Below are positions 12,001 to 23,639 of a stretch of 64,000 nt of DNA, piece by piece. The translations under genes were made by a program, and so were the position numbers. This stretch comes from Takakia lepidozioides (lineage: Eukaryota; Plantae; Bryophyta): contig CM060732.1 in the NCBI GenBank assembly GCA_030704615.1, positions 7,936,001-8,000,000 of the forward strand, written 5' to 3'. Below the pieces are notes generated by a model, which was not told where the DNA came from, made no database searches, and worked only from the letters and a program-made list of their open reading frames with translations. How positions within the stretch are numbered: position 1 is the stretch's first letter; each line of letters begins with the position of its first letter.

Positions 12001-15000
12001 CTTTATGGAAATCAGAGTGCATATGCACGAGTACCAGAAATTGACACGGTGAAAAGTGTGCTGCGCAGTGATCTGCTGACTTTTCACCAGCAAAACTTCC
12101 GGTAGGCCTTCTACTATACTTCACAACATCTCTCAGCTGAAAGTTTTATTAATCTAGAATAAGATGCCATAGTCCATTTTTGCTTGCTACAAACCAATGG
12201 TGACTGTTGCCTCAATTAGGTCTTACAGCATACATTGGTCCATTCGCAAGTAGTGGAGGTTTCAGAGTGTTGGATCAGGATGGAAAAATACTTTACTTGA
12301 GAGAGACAATCTATCCTTGAATATTCCCTTCAAATGTTCTCTTTGACGGGTACAGGACTCACCTGGCTCTTTGGTCTGCCCATAATAGTTACAGGGAATG
12401 TAAGTGTGTATTCACAGGCTGGCATTGGAATTGCAGTATCAGAGAGGAGGGGATTTCAGCACTGCTTATCTAGCAAGAGATGTGGCAAATGTGGAAGTGG
12501 TTGCATTCCCAGTTGCACTGTAGAGGAAAAGGGGCAAGGAGACAGACTGACAAACAGACAGATTAAATGGCGAGTGGTTCTTGAGGAGAGAATTCTACTG
12601 ATGTTTTTAAGATACAGGCCAGATGCAAGCGTGCTTGGCATATGGGGTGATTTTAATGGTGCCACCGTCAAATCTTTGATTCAAAAGTACTTCGCTGACT
12701 GGAAAACCTATCCAAGTGCTGAAGAGATTGAGAGGAAAGGAGCCTTAACATCAGCACAAGGTAGCCCATCATTGGAGATTGGTGTCAGTGCCAGTGACCA
12801 TGCTGTTTATGTTGTGGATCGTCCTGGTTTAACGCAAGGGTATGTGCTTTCATTCTCTTACCAGAGCAAGGCCTTGAGGTTCTCCTTTCAGAGTCTTCTA
12901 TTTCCCCTTAATCTCCCCTTTCTGTGAGGGTTAAACCCTTTATATGTACTCTCTTAAATTGCCTTCGCAATGGCTTGCACCCCTGTCTAGCCCTTTTGTG
13001 CCTATGAGCCTTGAGCTATAAGAGAGCTCTAAGAGCATCTCCACCAGGGGTCCCTAAATGCCCATGCAATGGCAAAGGAGCCCCCCGCCCTGGTATCCAC
13101 ACCCCTGCAGGATATAGGCCTGCTGGAGCGATCAGGCCATTGAATTTTCCAGCCCAGTTGTGGCAAATGAATCTAAATGGTTATCGCCAGTTTTGTATCC
13201 ACCTGCGTCTTTCTTGATTCTAAACTGCCAAGTTGTTTCTGGGAAGGATCACTGCGCTTCAGGAAGTCCGATGAATGTAGGGCATCAGAGCAAAGTAGTC
13301 TTCAACAAGTGTAGGGATTGTTTCTCATTTAGGTGGCTTCCTTGCACAGAGCAACCTAAGTTGGATGGACTCCAAATCAGTCACAAATCCGAACCCCTAG
13401 AATTCTCTTTCATGCGGACGTAATAAATCTTGTTTTTTCTTCACTACATCTCTCTCATGCATCTTGTCCACAGAGAGGCTACGCTTGCAGGCAAGCCTCC
13501 ACAGGATGTTACGTTCTCTTAGCATTATTGAGACGCCACAATTGATTTTAGGAGAGTGGTGTTGATGTCAAAGGTATGTACGCATGGGTGAGCTGGGAAC
13601 AACTTTGGCAGACCCTGATGTGTTTGCATTGGATGTTCTCAATGGCATCCTCAACGGCTTTGGGGGCATATTGTTTGACGAGGTATGGATTCTGTTCAGG
13701 TTTAACTCTTCAAGTTTTTATACCAAGCAAAGTCTCTTCCCCTCCAAAGAATAAACTTCAGAAACTTGCCCATGATCTTGGCAATCCAAGAGATGCAGAC
13801 CCAGCTCTTTTTTGTCTCTTGTTTCCCGTCAAAGTGCAAGAATCCAGGGAGTAAAGTTGGAAAATGAACTGTTGCTTGACGGTATACATAGAAATACACA
13901 GTCGGTGGGGTTTAATGGAAAACTTAAATGCGTTCTTTGGTGATGGGGGCCAGGTGCGGTCCAGGGACGGGCTTGCATATTCCATATCTGGAGGTTGGTC
14001 ACCTGCTGTTGAACATAGGGTATCCTCTTACCTTACCACCTGAATGTTGTCATGATGTTGTTGCTCTATGCGTCAACCGTAAATGAAAATCTAATGACTC
14101 TGTGAGGGTCAATCCAATTAGTCCAGCACTCTCTGCCTAAGTCACTTTGTCCGATCTTACCCAGCTGATGTTGTGCAGGGAGTGTTTGTAGCAGCTGGAG
14201 AGACACAGCTGCAATCCATACCACAATTTCTGCAAGCTGTGCAGCGAGTACTAGATGGTGTCACGCGTGAACCCCCTTCCCCAGGTGTTCACTCTGAAGC
14301 ACACATTGTATTGCTGGTTGGGAAGCTGTGACTGACAAATGGTTTTGAGACCATCTGTTGTTGTAGACAGCTTCTTTTTCTGTTTGTCAGCCACATTTGC
14401 ATGATATCCAGGTACGTGTTAAGGGAAGTACACGCGACCACAATTGATGGATGCGCATTTGAACGAAAGAGCCTCAAGTGTCTTCTAGAGTTCATGCTGC
14501 GGCACTCTCGCCTTCTCCCTCACCACTGACCTTGCATGACAAAATTATGGGTGATGACAATACCTGGTTCATGCCACAGGTTCACCAGTCTACTACTTTC
14601 AGCATCCATGGTGGGTGCTATGGAGCACCTGTGGCAACAGTGGAAAATTACTAGTGATGCCCGAGCTGTTTCAAAACAGAACCGTTTTGGAGCCTGATTC
14701 TGTGGACAACGACCCAAACTTTATATCAGGGTGTTTTTACCATTCTGCAGAGAGCGGCATCTATTGTTGTTGAGACAAAATGCTTTTTCACTAATTGGCA
14801 CTGTGTTTCCTTCAGAGGTGCTGGCGCGAGCCAAAGATGCAGCTCTCAACTCCTTTGTCTTCAACTTCACGGACAGGTCTGTGGAGCCTATTTTCTTTGC
14901 CCTTGCATTTAAAAGCAGATCTTTCTCTTACCCTCTGAAAATACGTATAGGATTGTGTATGTGCATCTGTATATTTGTCACTTTGCCTCCCACACTTTGT

Positions 15001-15388
15001 GTTTTGTGACAGATATAGCAGAGGTATGAAGTGGGTAAGGTGGGAATGGCTAGATTGAGACTGGAATTGGTGTACTCTAGGATGGATATTTGACAGTAGT
15101 AATGGATTGGAGAATGGTGGTGTTGGTGCAAGCAGCAGGGCACAGCTGGGCCGAGTGTTATCATACGACTTATTTGGAATTGAACAAGATTTCATCTTCC
15201 AGTACAAGCAACGGTTGGAAGAAATCACAGCGTCAGAAGTTCTGGAAGCAGCACAGCGGCACCTGCATCCCGGGTCCCAGCCAGTTCTTATTGTCACTGA
15301 TGCTAAGAAAGTGCGGCCATTGTTGGCTGCCCTCCAGGTCCCTATTGTATCATACCAGACAAACTATGTGAGTGGCAGTGACAGGTGA
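6087..15388 (+). CDS. Bacterial-type M16 (insulinase/pitrilysin family) peptidase-like protein, probably a non-catalytic subunit, with an N-terminal plastid-type presequence; 14 exons
   Basis: Exons ~6087-6661, 7036-7159, 7777-7833, 8299-8352 (GC donor), 8608-8694, 9103-9208, 9432-9517, 11965-12101, 12618-12839, 13574-13682, 13954-14019, 14179-14284, 14816-14876, ~15136-15388 splice in frame: LPNGLRVFLLEDHEL, GIARRGD..IARREFPKLLYG, FDEVRSRDGLAYS, AKDAALNSFVFNF. Confidence 0.88.
9530..11472 (+). mobile_element. 5'-truncated, frameshifted non-LTR retrotransposon (LINE, RT domain) in the M16 gene intron
   Basis: KAGGPDGI..ELIK, LYKKGDREDPGNYRG, QAGFRRNRGCMDHIF, LDVKKAYDTVW, QGCTLSPLLF, YTYLGVEF; CTCTCTCTCA at both ends. 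Confidence 0.9.
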
Positions 15389-16881
15389 AGGGCCTGCTAC
15401 ATTATCTTTCAGATATGAATCAACATAGGTAGCTTGGGATCTCTCTGAGAAACTCCAGTTCAAGCTTTCGCTGCATTAGACCAATGCTGGATGACCAAGT
15501 CCCTGTGCCTAGTTGTAGGGAACTTCAAGGTGGTGTAGGGCCCTATTAAAAGAAATAGAAAACAGAAAAAGAAACATTTGAAATAAGTTTTGATTGATTT
15601 CAACCCTGATTTGTTGACAGTTAGCCTAGGTATCTTGTAGAGTGTGTGGTCGTGGGGATGCATGCAATGGAGGAGGGAACTGGCTTTTGAGATTATTGGC
15701 AGTTGGACATGGGGTATTACAGAAGCGGGCCCTACTCTCCTAAGTAAGATGCCTCTCACTTCAGCTGTCGCATAGTCTTCAGGCCCTTGCTGTGAGCCAG
15801 TGGGTGTTGAGTTTGTCATTCTGTATCCAGGTTTGAGAGTACTGACCATAGGCTCTTAATCTCTGCACGCAAGATCAAAAGATGGAATACATGAACTATA
15901 CTCGTTCATCTGCAAACAGCAGTTTAGCACATTGCCTGGAAAAATGTCAGTCAAGACATTTGTGGTTGGTTGCAGGCACCAGGGGTATGTACACTATACC
16001 AGTCACAGGGCTGGTCAGAATTGGCAGGATGTGTTTTTTTTTTGACAGCCTTTTCTTTTCTCAGCTGCTGTGTATCAGTTACATCACATATGCCTCCATT
16101 CAACATATTGTCTGAGCCCTGGTGTACTCCTCATAGCTTAGCACGTGTCATGGTGCGGTGCAGTATGGCTGTTTTATGCCAAGTATCTGCTCTTACGTTT
16201 GAATCAGCCTGGTGGATCCTCCTAGTAATGGACCTGTGTACTCATTTGAGCACAACAGCAATGTTCAGGACCTTGTGGAGGCACAGTTATGCAAGTGACA
16301 ACCACACTACTTAATGTGAGAGTGGACCAGAAATTTAGTAAATGTTGTAAGAGACATCACCTGACACATTGTGCAAGGTTGTTCTAGAGAAATCTCCAGC
16401 TGTCTGAAATCTTAATCTTCCTTAATCTAAATCTACCTGAAATCTTAATCTTTCAGATAGCTGGAATCTTTCAGACACCTTAATCCCTTTTAAGGTGTCG
16501 ATCGCCTCTCCTCTGGCATCTGATATCAAGTAGAGCTTTATGCCACGTCTTTCAAGTTCTGTGTCACAGCAGCCCTTTGCATGCATTGGCAGAGAACACT
16601 TCCCTGCAGTGGCAAGACGGAAATGAAAAACTAGTCACCTGTATTGGTGGGGCCATCCGTGACTGTTAACGCTTAACCAACAATGAATTTCAGTTGGATA
16701 TAAGGAGGCATCATTCCTTCATTTCACCCATCGTCGACGAGCAGCAAGCATCAAAGACTGTAGTGCAGGAAGAACGTTCTACCTCGTTATCATGGGAGGT
16801 TGCCAAAGCAAAGCATCCCAATATTCCCGAGATTCCTGGTAGCCGCCTTAAGTATCCGAGTCCGAGTTTAGCAAGGCAGGT

Positions 16882-17729
16882 ATGGAATACCAAATGCTCG
16901 ACAATTTTACTATCATCTACAACCCTTGACAAATCATCTACAACCATCGACAAATCATCTACAACCATCGACAAAGCATCTAGGACCCTCGACAAATCAA
17001 CCACTAGTGGTTGTAGATGATTTGTCCAGGGTTGATTTTGTGGGCAAATGGTATGCATTGGAATACCAAATGCCCATGTCTTCATCCCACTTGTTCAACG
17101 AATATTCTCTACTAGATTCTTAGATCCTTCAAATTTATGCTTAGATGCTTTCATCTTTGATTTGTCGGGCATTTGGTACACGAAGGAATACCGTATGACC
17201 ACGTCCCTCGACAAATCAACTTAGTTGTTCACACCACTTGTTGACAACACGGGTGTCAACAGCGTAGGTGGCGCCACTAAGGCACGGGGCGCCAACAAGG
17301 TTGATCCACTAAGGGAGGCGGCGCCAGGTTGTTGGCACAACTTAGTTCAGATTGGCACAACTTAATTTCTGATAAATACATTTATATATGTATACGTATA
17401 CGTAGAGGGTTTAGGGTCATTTGCATAATTCAAATATGATGAAACCTTGTCTTTAAGAATGTTGGACTATAACATAATAATTTGATGATATTTAAAGAAC
17501 AACTAGATCTAATATGTGGACGTATAATCTATAGTGTTCTAGTTTATTCGTATTACTTAGAATTTTTATATTATGATATATGCAATAAAATATTGTGAAT
17601 TAAAAAATCACAAAGGGGCAGAGATTGAATTAAAATCTATCCTATAACAGCCTTATTAAATGAATATGCAATATCACAATTCAGTGTTCACTCTTACATG
17701 TGTTTTCTATTATTATATTGGTCATTTAT
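16882..17729 (+). repeat. Left long terminal inverted repeat, containing 21-bp tandem units (GACAAATCATCTACAACCATC)
   Basis: Reverse-complement match to 38842-39543, starting ATGGAATACCAAATGCTCGACAATTTTAC. Confidence 0.92.
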
Positions 17730-18740
17730 GTGTACATAGTCTCATAAGTAGAATATTTTCATTGTCCTGCAATAAGTTATTTTTAATTAAAAATACAAGG
17801 ACGTGTGAGACCGGATTATAAGAAAATAAAAATAAAAAATGAAAATGCAGAGAAGATTTTATAATTTAATATTCACTCATACACGCACTTGCTATTATTA
17901 TTATATAGATCATTTATTTGTATCCCATGAATTCAAGAAGATTATGAGTAACCTATGCATAGGATGGATGCATAGGAATTGTGATAAAGAACAATTGGAT
18001 CTAATAACATGTGTGCACGTATACTCGATAGTTTTCTAGTTTGTTCGTAATACTTGGAATTTTTGTATTGACAGATATGCAATGAAATATTTTTAACTAA
18101 AAATAATTACAAATATGCAATTAGAATCTATTCTATAACAGCCTTCATAAATGCATATAAAATATAACAATTCCCTGTTCATTCTTGTACCTTCTATTAT
18201 TATATTGATCATTTATGTGTACAGAGTCTCATAAGTAGAATATTTTTCATTGTCGTGCATAAGTTGTTTTAAATTTAAAAAAACACATGGATTTTGGAGA
18301 TCAAATTGAAAAAATGAATAGCAAATATCATTTTAATATGCATATTCGATTTTATAATTCAATATTCATTCTAAGTTCTAACATGCACCTCCTATTATTA
18401 TATTGATCATTTATGTGTATCGCATGAACTCAAAAATATCCTGAGTGACCTATACATAGGCTGCATGATTTAGAGATGATGTATAGATATATAGTCAATG
18501 CATTTCTGTACTTAAATACTTATAAATGTTTGAAATATTGTGTTCATAAAACTTAGAATGTTTTGTATTGCTAGACATGGAATGCAATGTTCTCAATAAA
18601 AAATCACAAGGATGTGACAAACGAAATATAAAAGATTATATAGCATAATTTATAAATATATATAATATTTAACAATTTAATTTTCATTTCTACAATGTAC
18701 ATGACACATGTACCCCCCAATATTATGTAGGTCATTTATA
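17700..18740. repeat. AT-rich diverged repeat region
   Basis: Variants of TATTATTATATTGATCATTTATGTGTA at ~17708, 17895, 18195, 18392, 18720. Confidence 0.65.
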
Positions 18741-19062
18741 ATAAGTATATCATATAACCAAGATGAAACTTATACAAACAAGCAACGTCACAAAAAATTA
18801 TATATGTATATATATTACAAATGACAACATGTCACTTGTAAATATTGTGTGCTTTTTCTTCATGGAGCTATTGTCTTCTCCACTAGACTACACAAAAGCA
18901 ATGCCCACCCACCTAAATCCCAAAAACAATGTTACTTTGCACATTGAAGTACTAAAACCCAAGAGTAAATGAATGGGCGGGGTCTACCTATATCACATGG
19001 CTAGGAATGACATGCAGTTCAATTAAAAAAATCTTCTTCAATTAATGTTACATTATGGCTCT
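18669..19062 (+). repeat. ~390-bp direct repeat, second copy at 38445-38821
   Basis: Near-identical from TTAACAATTTAATTTT to TTAATGTTAC(A/C)TTATGGC. Confidence 0.9.
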
Positions 19063-19505
19063 TGTCGTGCGCATACATATCGCTACACAACTACATCGCT
19101 GTCCACACCACACCACACATATATGCACAATAAAGTAGTCTGTCACAATGATAAACAAGCTAAAAAGGACACACACTCTCAACACAAGAAATATGAAATC
19201 CATCGCTATCACTCTTTAAAATAGAAGTTGAGCCAGGGGCACCCCACGCTATGGGGACTCCACCCCACAACAACCTACACTCCCATCATAAGCACACTCA
19301 GATCTAAACGCATGAAGGAGCTCGGTCGCGCAGGCTCAACTCGAGAGAGATGAGCTGCGCGACTACTCCTCTCGTGAAGATAAGACGGTTCAGGTGTCAA
19401 ACTAAACTTGACACATGATTTAACACTTGACCTAAATCCAAGTGTTAAATATAAATAACTAGCTTTATTCTAGTTGTTTTCACACTGTGCTTATTTAACT
19501 TGACA
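19063..19505 (-). mobile_element. Short (443 bp) LTR related to the 2415-4079 LTR
   Basis: Minus-strand termini TGTCAAG...CACGACA; shares GGCTCAACTCGAGA.AGATGAGC and CACCCCAC..ATGGGGA motifs. Confidence 0.75.
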
Positions 19506-19854
19506 GCTGTCGTGCGCATACATATCGCTACACAACTACATCGCTGTCCAAACCACACCACACATATATGCACAATAAAGTAGTCTGCCACAATCGCCCC
19601 CCTAGCTGGTGGATAGGTCCCTCTACCTCCAGATAGCTACAAGATGTAATAGCCACAGCCGTACTAAGTCCTCTATCACTGTCCCTATTGCACTCAAACC
19701 CTATAGACCAAGAGGCCGGGTACAAGAGTAGCCCCATCGTTAGTCGTCGTCTTGCAATCTGTGAACTTGAGCCAGGACCTCGTGTGTTTAAGGTCTCCTA
19801 GTAGCTAGGCCTTGCGTTTCTTGTTAGCTTTCCATGGTTGTATCCACTCCCACT

Positions 19855-20400
19855 ATCCAATGCAATGTGGACATAACCAATCCCCATCCGGAACCATCTC
19901 AAGAGGTGGAGTCAAGCATCCCATATGCCAACCTCTAGAGCATCGATCACACACCAGCATGGTGGCTGCCCCTCTAGCAGACCCACACAACATGCACCTC
20001 AAAACCTGCAGATACCATTGCCAAGTTTGGGTCTATCCTGCCATCGACATTCGGAAGGTGACATGGCGCACAATTACGCACATGGTCCTTCCAAGTTATG
20101 CCATCCCGACCCTCCAAGACCAAGACGCCTGAGGGCAAGACCTCTCGAACCCTCAAAATAACACGTCCTGCAGTCACATCCAAGGTCGTAGGAGCAGTCT
20201 GCTGCAGATAGACATAGTCACCAGGGTTGAATCTCCGAACCCCAGGACGATAGCCCCCACCACGTATGGTAGCATACCTCAACGTATCACGGTGTTGTGC
20301 AATGGCAAGGTTCTCGAAAGCCATGGGCATGACTTTCTTGAACAACTCTGCACGCTGCTCACATGCACGTGCCCACACGTCCGGATCGTCAAGATTAAGA
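19855..20400 (-). pseudogene. Gypsy integrase C-terminus ending in a PHD finger
   Basis: AFENLAIAQHRDTLRY..RRFNPGDYVYL..NCAPCHLP, then after a frameshift CMLCGS..MLVCDRCSRGWHMGCLTPPLEMVPDGDWLCPHC (C4HC3). Confidence 0.85.
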
Positions 20401-20779
20401 ACTGTAGCAGCTTCTCTGGTTCATTAACACTCTGACTGTGGATTTTTGAGATAGTTGGCTCCCTGGATTTGGATCAGGCTTCGTCGCTCGGACAAATTGG
20501 CACCGCATTTCTTCCCATCGCTGCATCCCCCTTCTACTAGGGAGCTTCCCCGCACGCCATCCTGGCCTAATGAGAGGGTGGAAACTACGAGGAAGAGAAG
20601 CTAAAGCAATGCCTAACCCCAGCATGCCCTCATCCCAACACTCTTCTTCTCCTCTCTTCCCTCACTTGCATGACCATGGGAATATCATGAAGATACTCCT
20701 CAAACTGCCCTCCACGAGCTTCAAAATTCGGCCTTCAAGACCACATACCAGTCCTTAGGCAGTCCACCAGTGCCTCCAC

Positions 20780-21800
20780 GAGTCAGCACAGGCCGTCCAC
20801 AGGTCAACATGGGCCACCACAGACCAGCACAGGCCCACACAGCTCACAGGCCACAGCCTGTCACAGCCCTACACAGGTCACAGGGTCACAGCCCCACAGG
20901 CCACAGCCTGTCACAGCTTGCCACAGCCTGTCACAGCCCGTCACAGCCCCACAGGCCACAGGGCACAGCCCGCCACAGCCTGTCACAGCCCCGCACAGCC
21001 CGTCACAGCTCGCCACAGCCTGTCACAGCCTGTCACAGCCCCTCACAGCCCCTCACAGCTCGCCCACAGCCCCTCACAGCCCCAAAGGCCTCAGGCATGG
21101 CCTGACACAGCCCCTCACAGCCCCTCACAGCCCCAAAGGCCTCAGGCACGGCCCAGCCCCTCACAGCCCCAAAGGCCTCAGGAACGGCCTGTCACAGCCC
21201 CTCACAGCCCCAAAGGCCACGGGCACATCCTGTCACAGCCCCTCACAGCCCGTCACAGCCCCACAGGCCACTAGGCACAGCCTGTCACAGCCCCGCACAG
21301 CCCATCACAGCCCTACAGGCCACTGGGCACAGCCTGTCACAGCCCCACAGGCCACTGGGCACAGCCTGTCACAGCCCCTCACAGCTTGCCACAGCCCCTC
21401 ACAGCCCCAAAGGCCTCAGGCACGGCCTGACACAGCCCCTCACAGCCCGTCACAGCCCCAAAAGCCTCAGGCACGACCTGTCACAGCCCCTCACAGCCCG
21501 TCACAGCCCCTCACAGCTCGAAAGGCCACGGGCACAGCCTCTCACAGCCTCTCACAGCCCATCACAGCCCCAAAGGCCAAGGGCGCAGCCCGTCACAGCC
21601 CCAAAAGGCCACCGGCACAGCCCCTCACAACCTATCACAGCCCCCAAGGCCACCGGCGCAGCCCGTCACATGCCCTCACAGCCCGTCACAGCCCTGAAGG
21701 CCACCGGCGCAGCCCGGCACAGCCCTAAAGGCCACCGGCACAGCCCCTCGCAGCCCGTCACAGCCCCCAAGGCCACAGGGACAGCCCGTCACAGCCCCAT
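20780..21800 (+). repeat. C-rich minisatellite of TCACAGCC(C/T)(C/G) decamers with CCCCAAAGGCC variants
   Basis: Dozens of tandem CACAGCC units over ~1 kb. Confidence 0.95.
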
Positions 21801-23639
21801 CCATGGCCGCTCTGGCAGTTTAGCCATTTCTCCAAGGGGTTTAGCCACGCCAAGCTAGGGTTTGTGTCTCTTGGACTCTAGGCTTCTTTCCACCGAGCTA
21901 TGGCGGCTGTGAGGAAATCAACAAGGTATTCTTGCTCTTTCGGCTCCCACACACCACCATAGTAGCCCTAAGCCATGAGGTGGTTGCCACAAACCAAGCC
22001 TTCTTTCTCACTTAGCCTCCCCAAACACGCCACTAAACTCAATGGCAAACAACCAAGCCCTGCTGGTTCCCAGCCCTTGTGAGCACTCATTCAAGCACTC
22101 TCCTTGGCCATAGCATCTGTCTTAGAGCCTATTCCAGCCCCCTACACCTGATGCTTCAAGAGTTGCGCTCCCTTCAAGCTTGAAGTTGAAACCCCAACTC
22201 ACATAGGCCCTACAAGTGCTTTTCTTTCACTCCAAGTGGAAACCAGCCCTAGACCTTCCGTTCTAGCTCTCTAAAGCTTGAAAACAAGAGCCTCAATGGG
22301 CTGAAGGCATGCTCCACACATGCCCCACTCTCACCATAAGAGAATCAGCTCCTTTGCTTCATTTCTTGCACCCACAAACCTGAAAATACAAGCTTCAGCA
22401 GGCTGAAAGCATGCTCCACATGCCCTACAGGGAAACCAGCCCCTTCCTTCCTTTCTTGCACTCCCACACCTGAAAGTGCAAGCCTTCACCAGGTTGATAG
22501 CATGCTCCACACATGCATTGCCCTCACATAAGAGAAGTCAGCCCTTCCCTCTTCCTTGCTTGCCCTCCAAGCTTGAAGATGGAAGCTTCAATGAACTGAA
22601 TACATGCTCCACACATGCAACCTCTTCACATCAGCCCCCTATCTTGGCTCCTTGGCTCCTTGATGCTCTCTAAGACAAGACTAAGCACTCCACAGCCCTT
22701 GCCAAGCTCCTGAAACCCTAAGGCTTACATTTCCAGCCACAAGACACTCCTCTTGTGGTGCAAGAACTTTTCTTCCAAGCTCTGAAACCCTAGGTGCACA
22801 TTCCATGGCCTTGCCGCACCTCTTAGCTCATGTTCTAGCCCTGCTCTTGCCATGACAAGAGCCCTCTCAATGCTGAAGCTCGAGATTGAAACCCACTCTC
22901 AACATACTCCACAAAGTGCACTGATTTGCCCCAAGCCAGATCAGCCCTTTCGCTTGGTCTTGCAATCCTTCACACAATGAAAGCTCGCATTCCCAAGTCC
23001 AGTTCTCAGCTTTGCCACCAAAGCCACTATAACCTGCTCTTGACTGGTCCTCTTCCCAATTGTGCTTGCTCATGCATGTACACAATCTGAAACCATCAAG
23101 GTGCTTTACTTGCAGTATGGTGCTTTCATCTCTGAAGCTGAAGATCGAATGCCAAGGTTTACCACCTCGTAACCCACATCGCCTCCGCTTCTAACAACCA
23201 AGAGTGTTCCTTGCATAACAACCTGGTTTCTCTCATTCTCAAGCAAAAACCACAAGTGCTACAACTAACTCGTATTTGGCACTCACAGATACGAGCTCAT
23301 CTTTCTCGAGTGATAAAGAAGAGGAATACAAGCACAAGCTCATGCGAGCTCACAAAGCTGAAGCATAAACTCATGCATATATAACCTCATCACTCAAATA
23401 CAAGTAAAGCCAAGTGCACCCCACGCCATGGGGAATCCACACTACGGCGCCATAGCTAGGCGCGGTGAGGCTCAACTCGAGAAAGATAAGCCTCCCGCGC
23501 TTGCCGCGAAGATAACCACTCCAGGGCCTAAATTTGCCTTGACCCCTGGATTGACACTTGGGCCAATCCCAAATGTCAATATGTAAAAGCTAGCTATTTT
23601 CTAGCTAATTTCACATTAGTGGTAAAAAAAACTTGACAA

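Larger units (their letters stand above)
19508..23638 (-). mobile_element. Internally deleted/mosaic gypsy element: LTR-family 5' part, minisatellite, integrase C-terminus, PPT, LTR 3' end
   Basis: TGTCAAG at 23638; 19508-19592 duplicates 19063-19147; PPT-like AGCTAGGGGGCGAT precedes TGTGGCAG on the minus strand. Confidence 0.75.

Noticed and set aside
13033-13150. Tourist/Harbinger MITE (TAA-GAGCATCTCCA)
   Set aside because: Only one convincing terminus found.
16905-17000. CRISPR-like array
   Set aside because: Contiguous 21-bp tandem units with no unique spacers, in a eukaryotic context.
20770-21858. Pro/Ser/His-rich ORFs
   Set aside because: Translations of the minisatellite.
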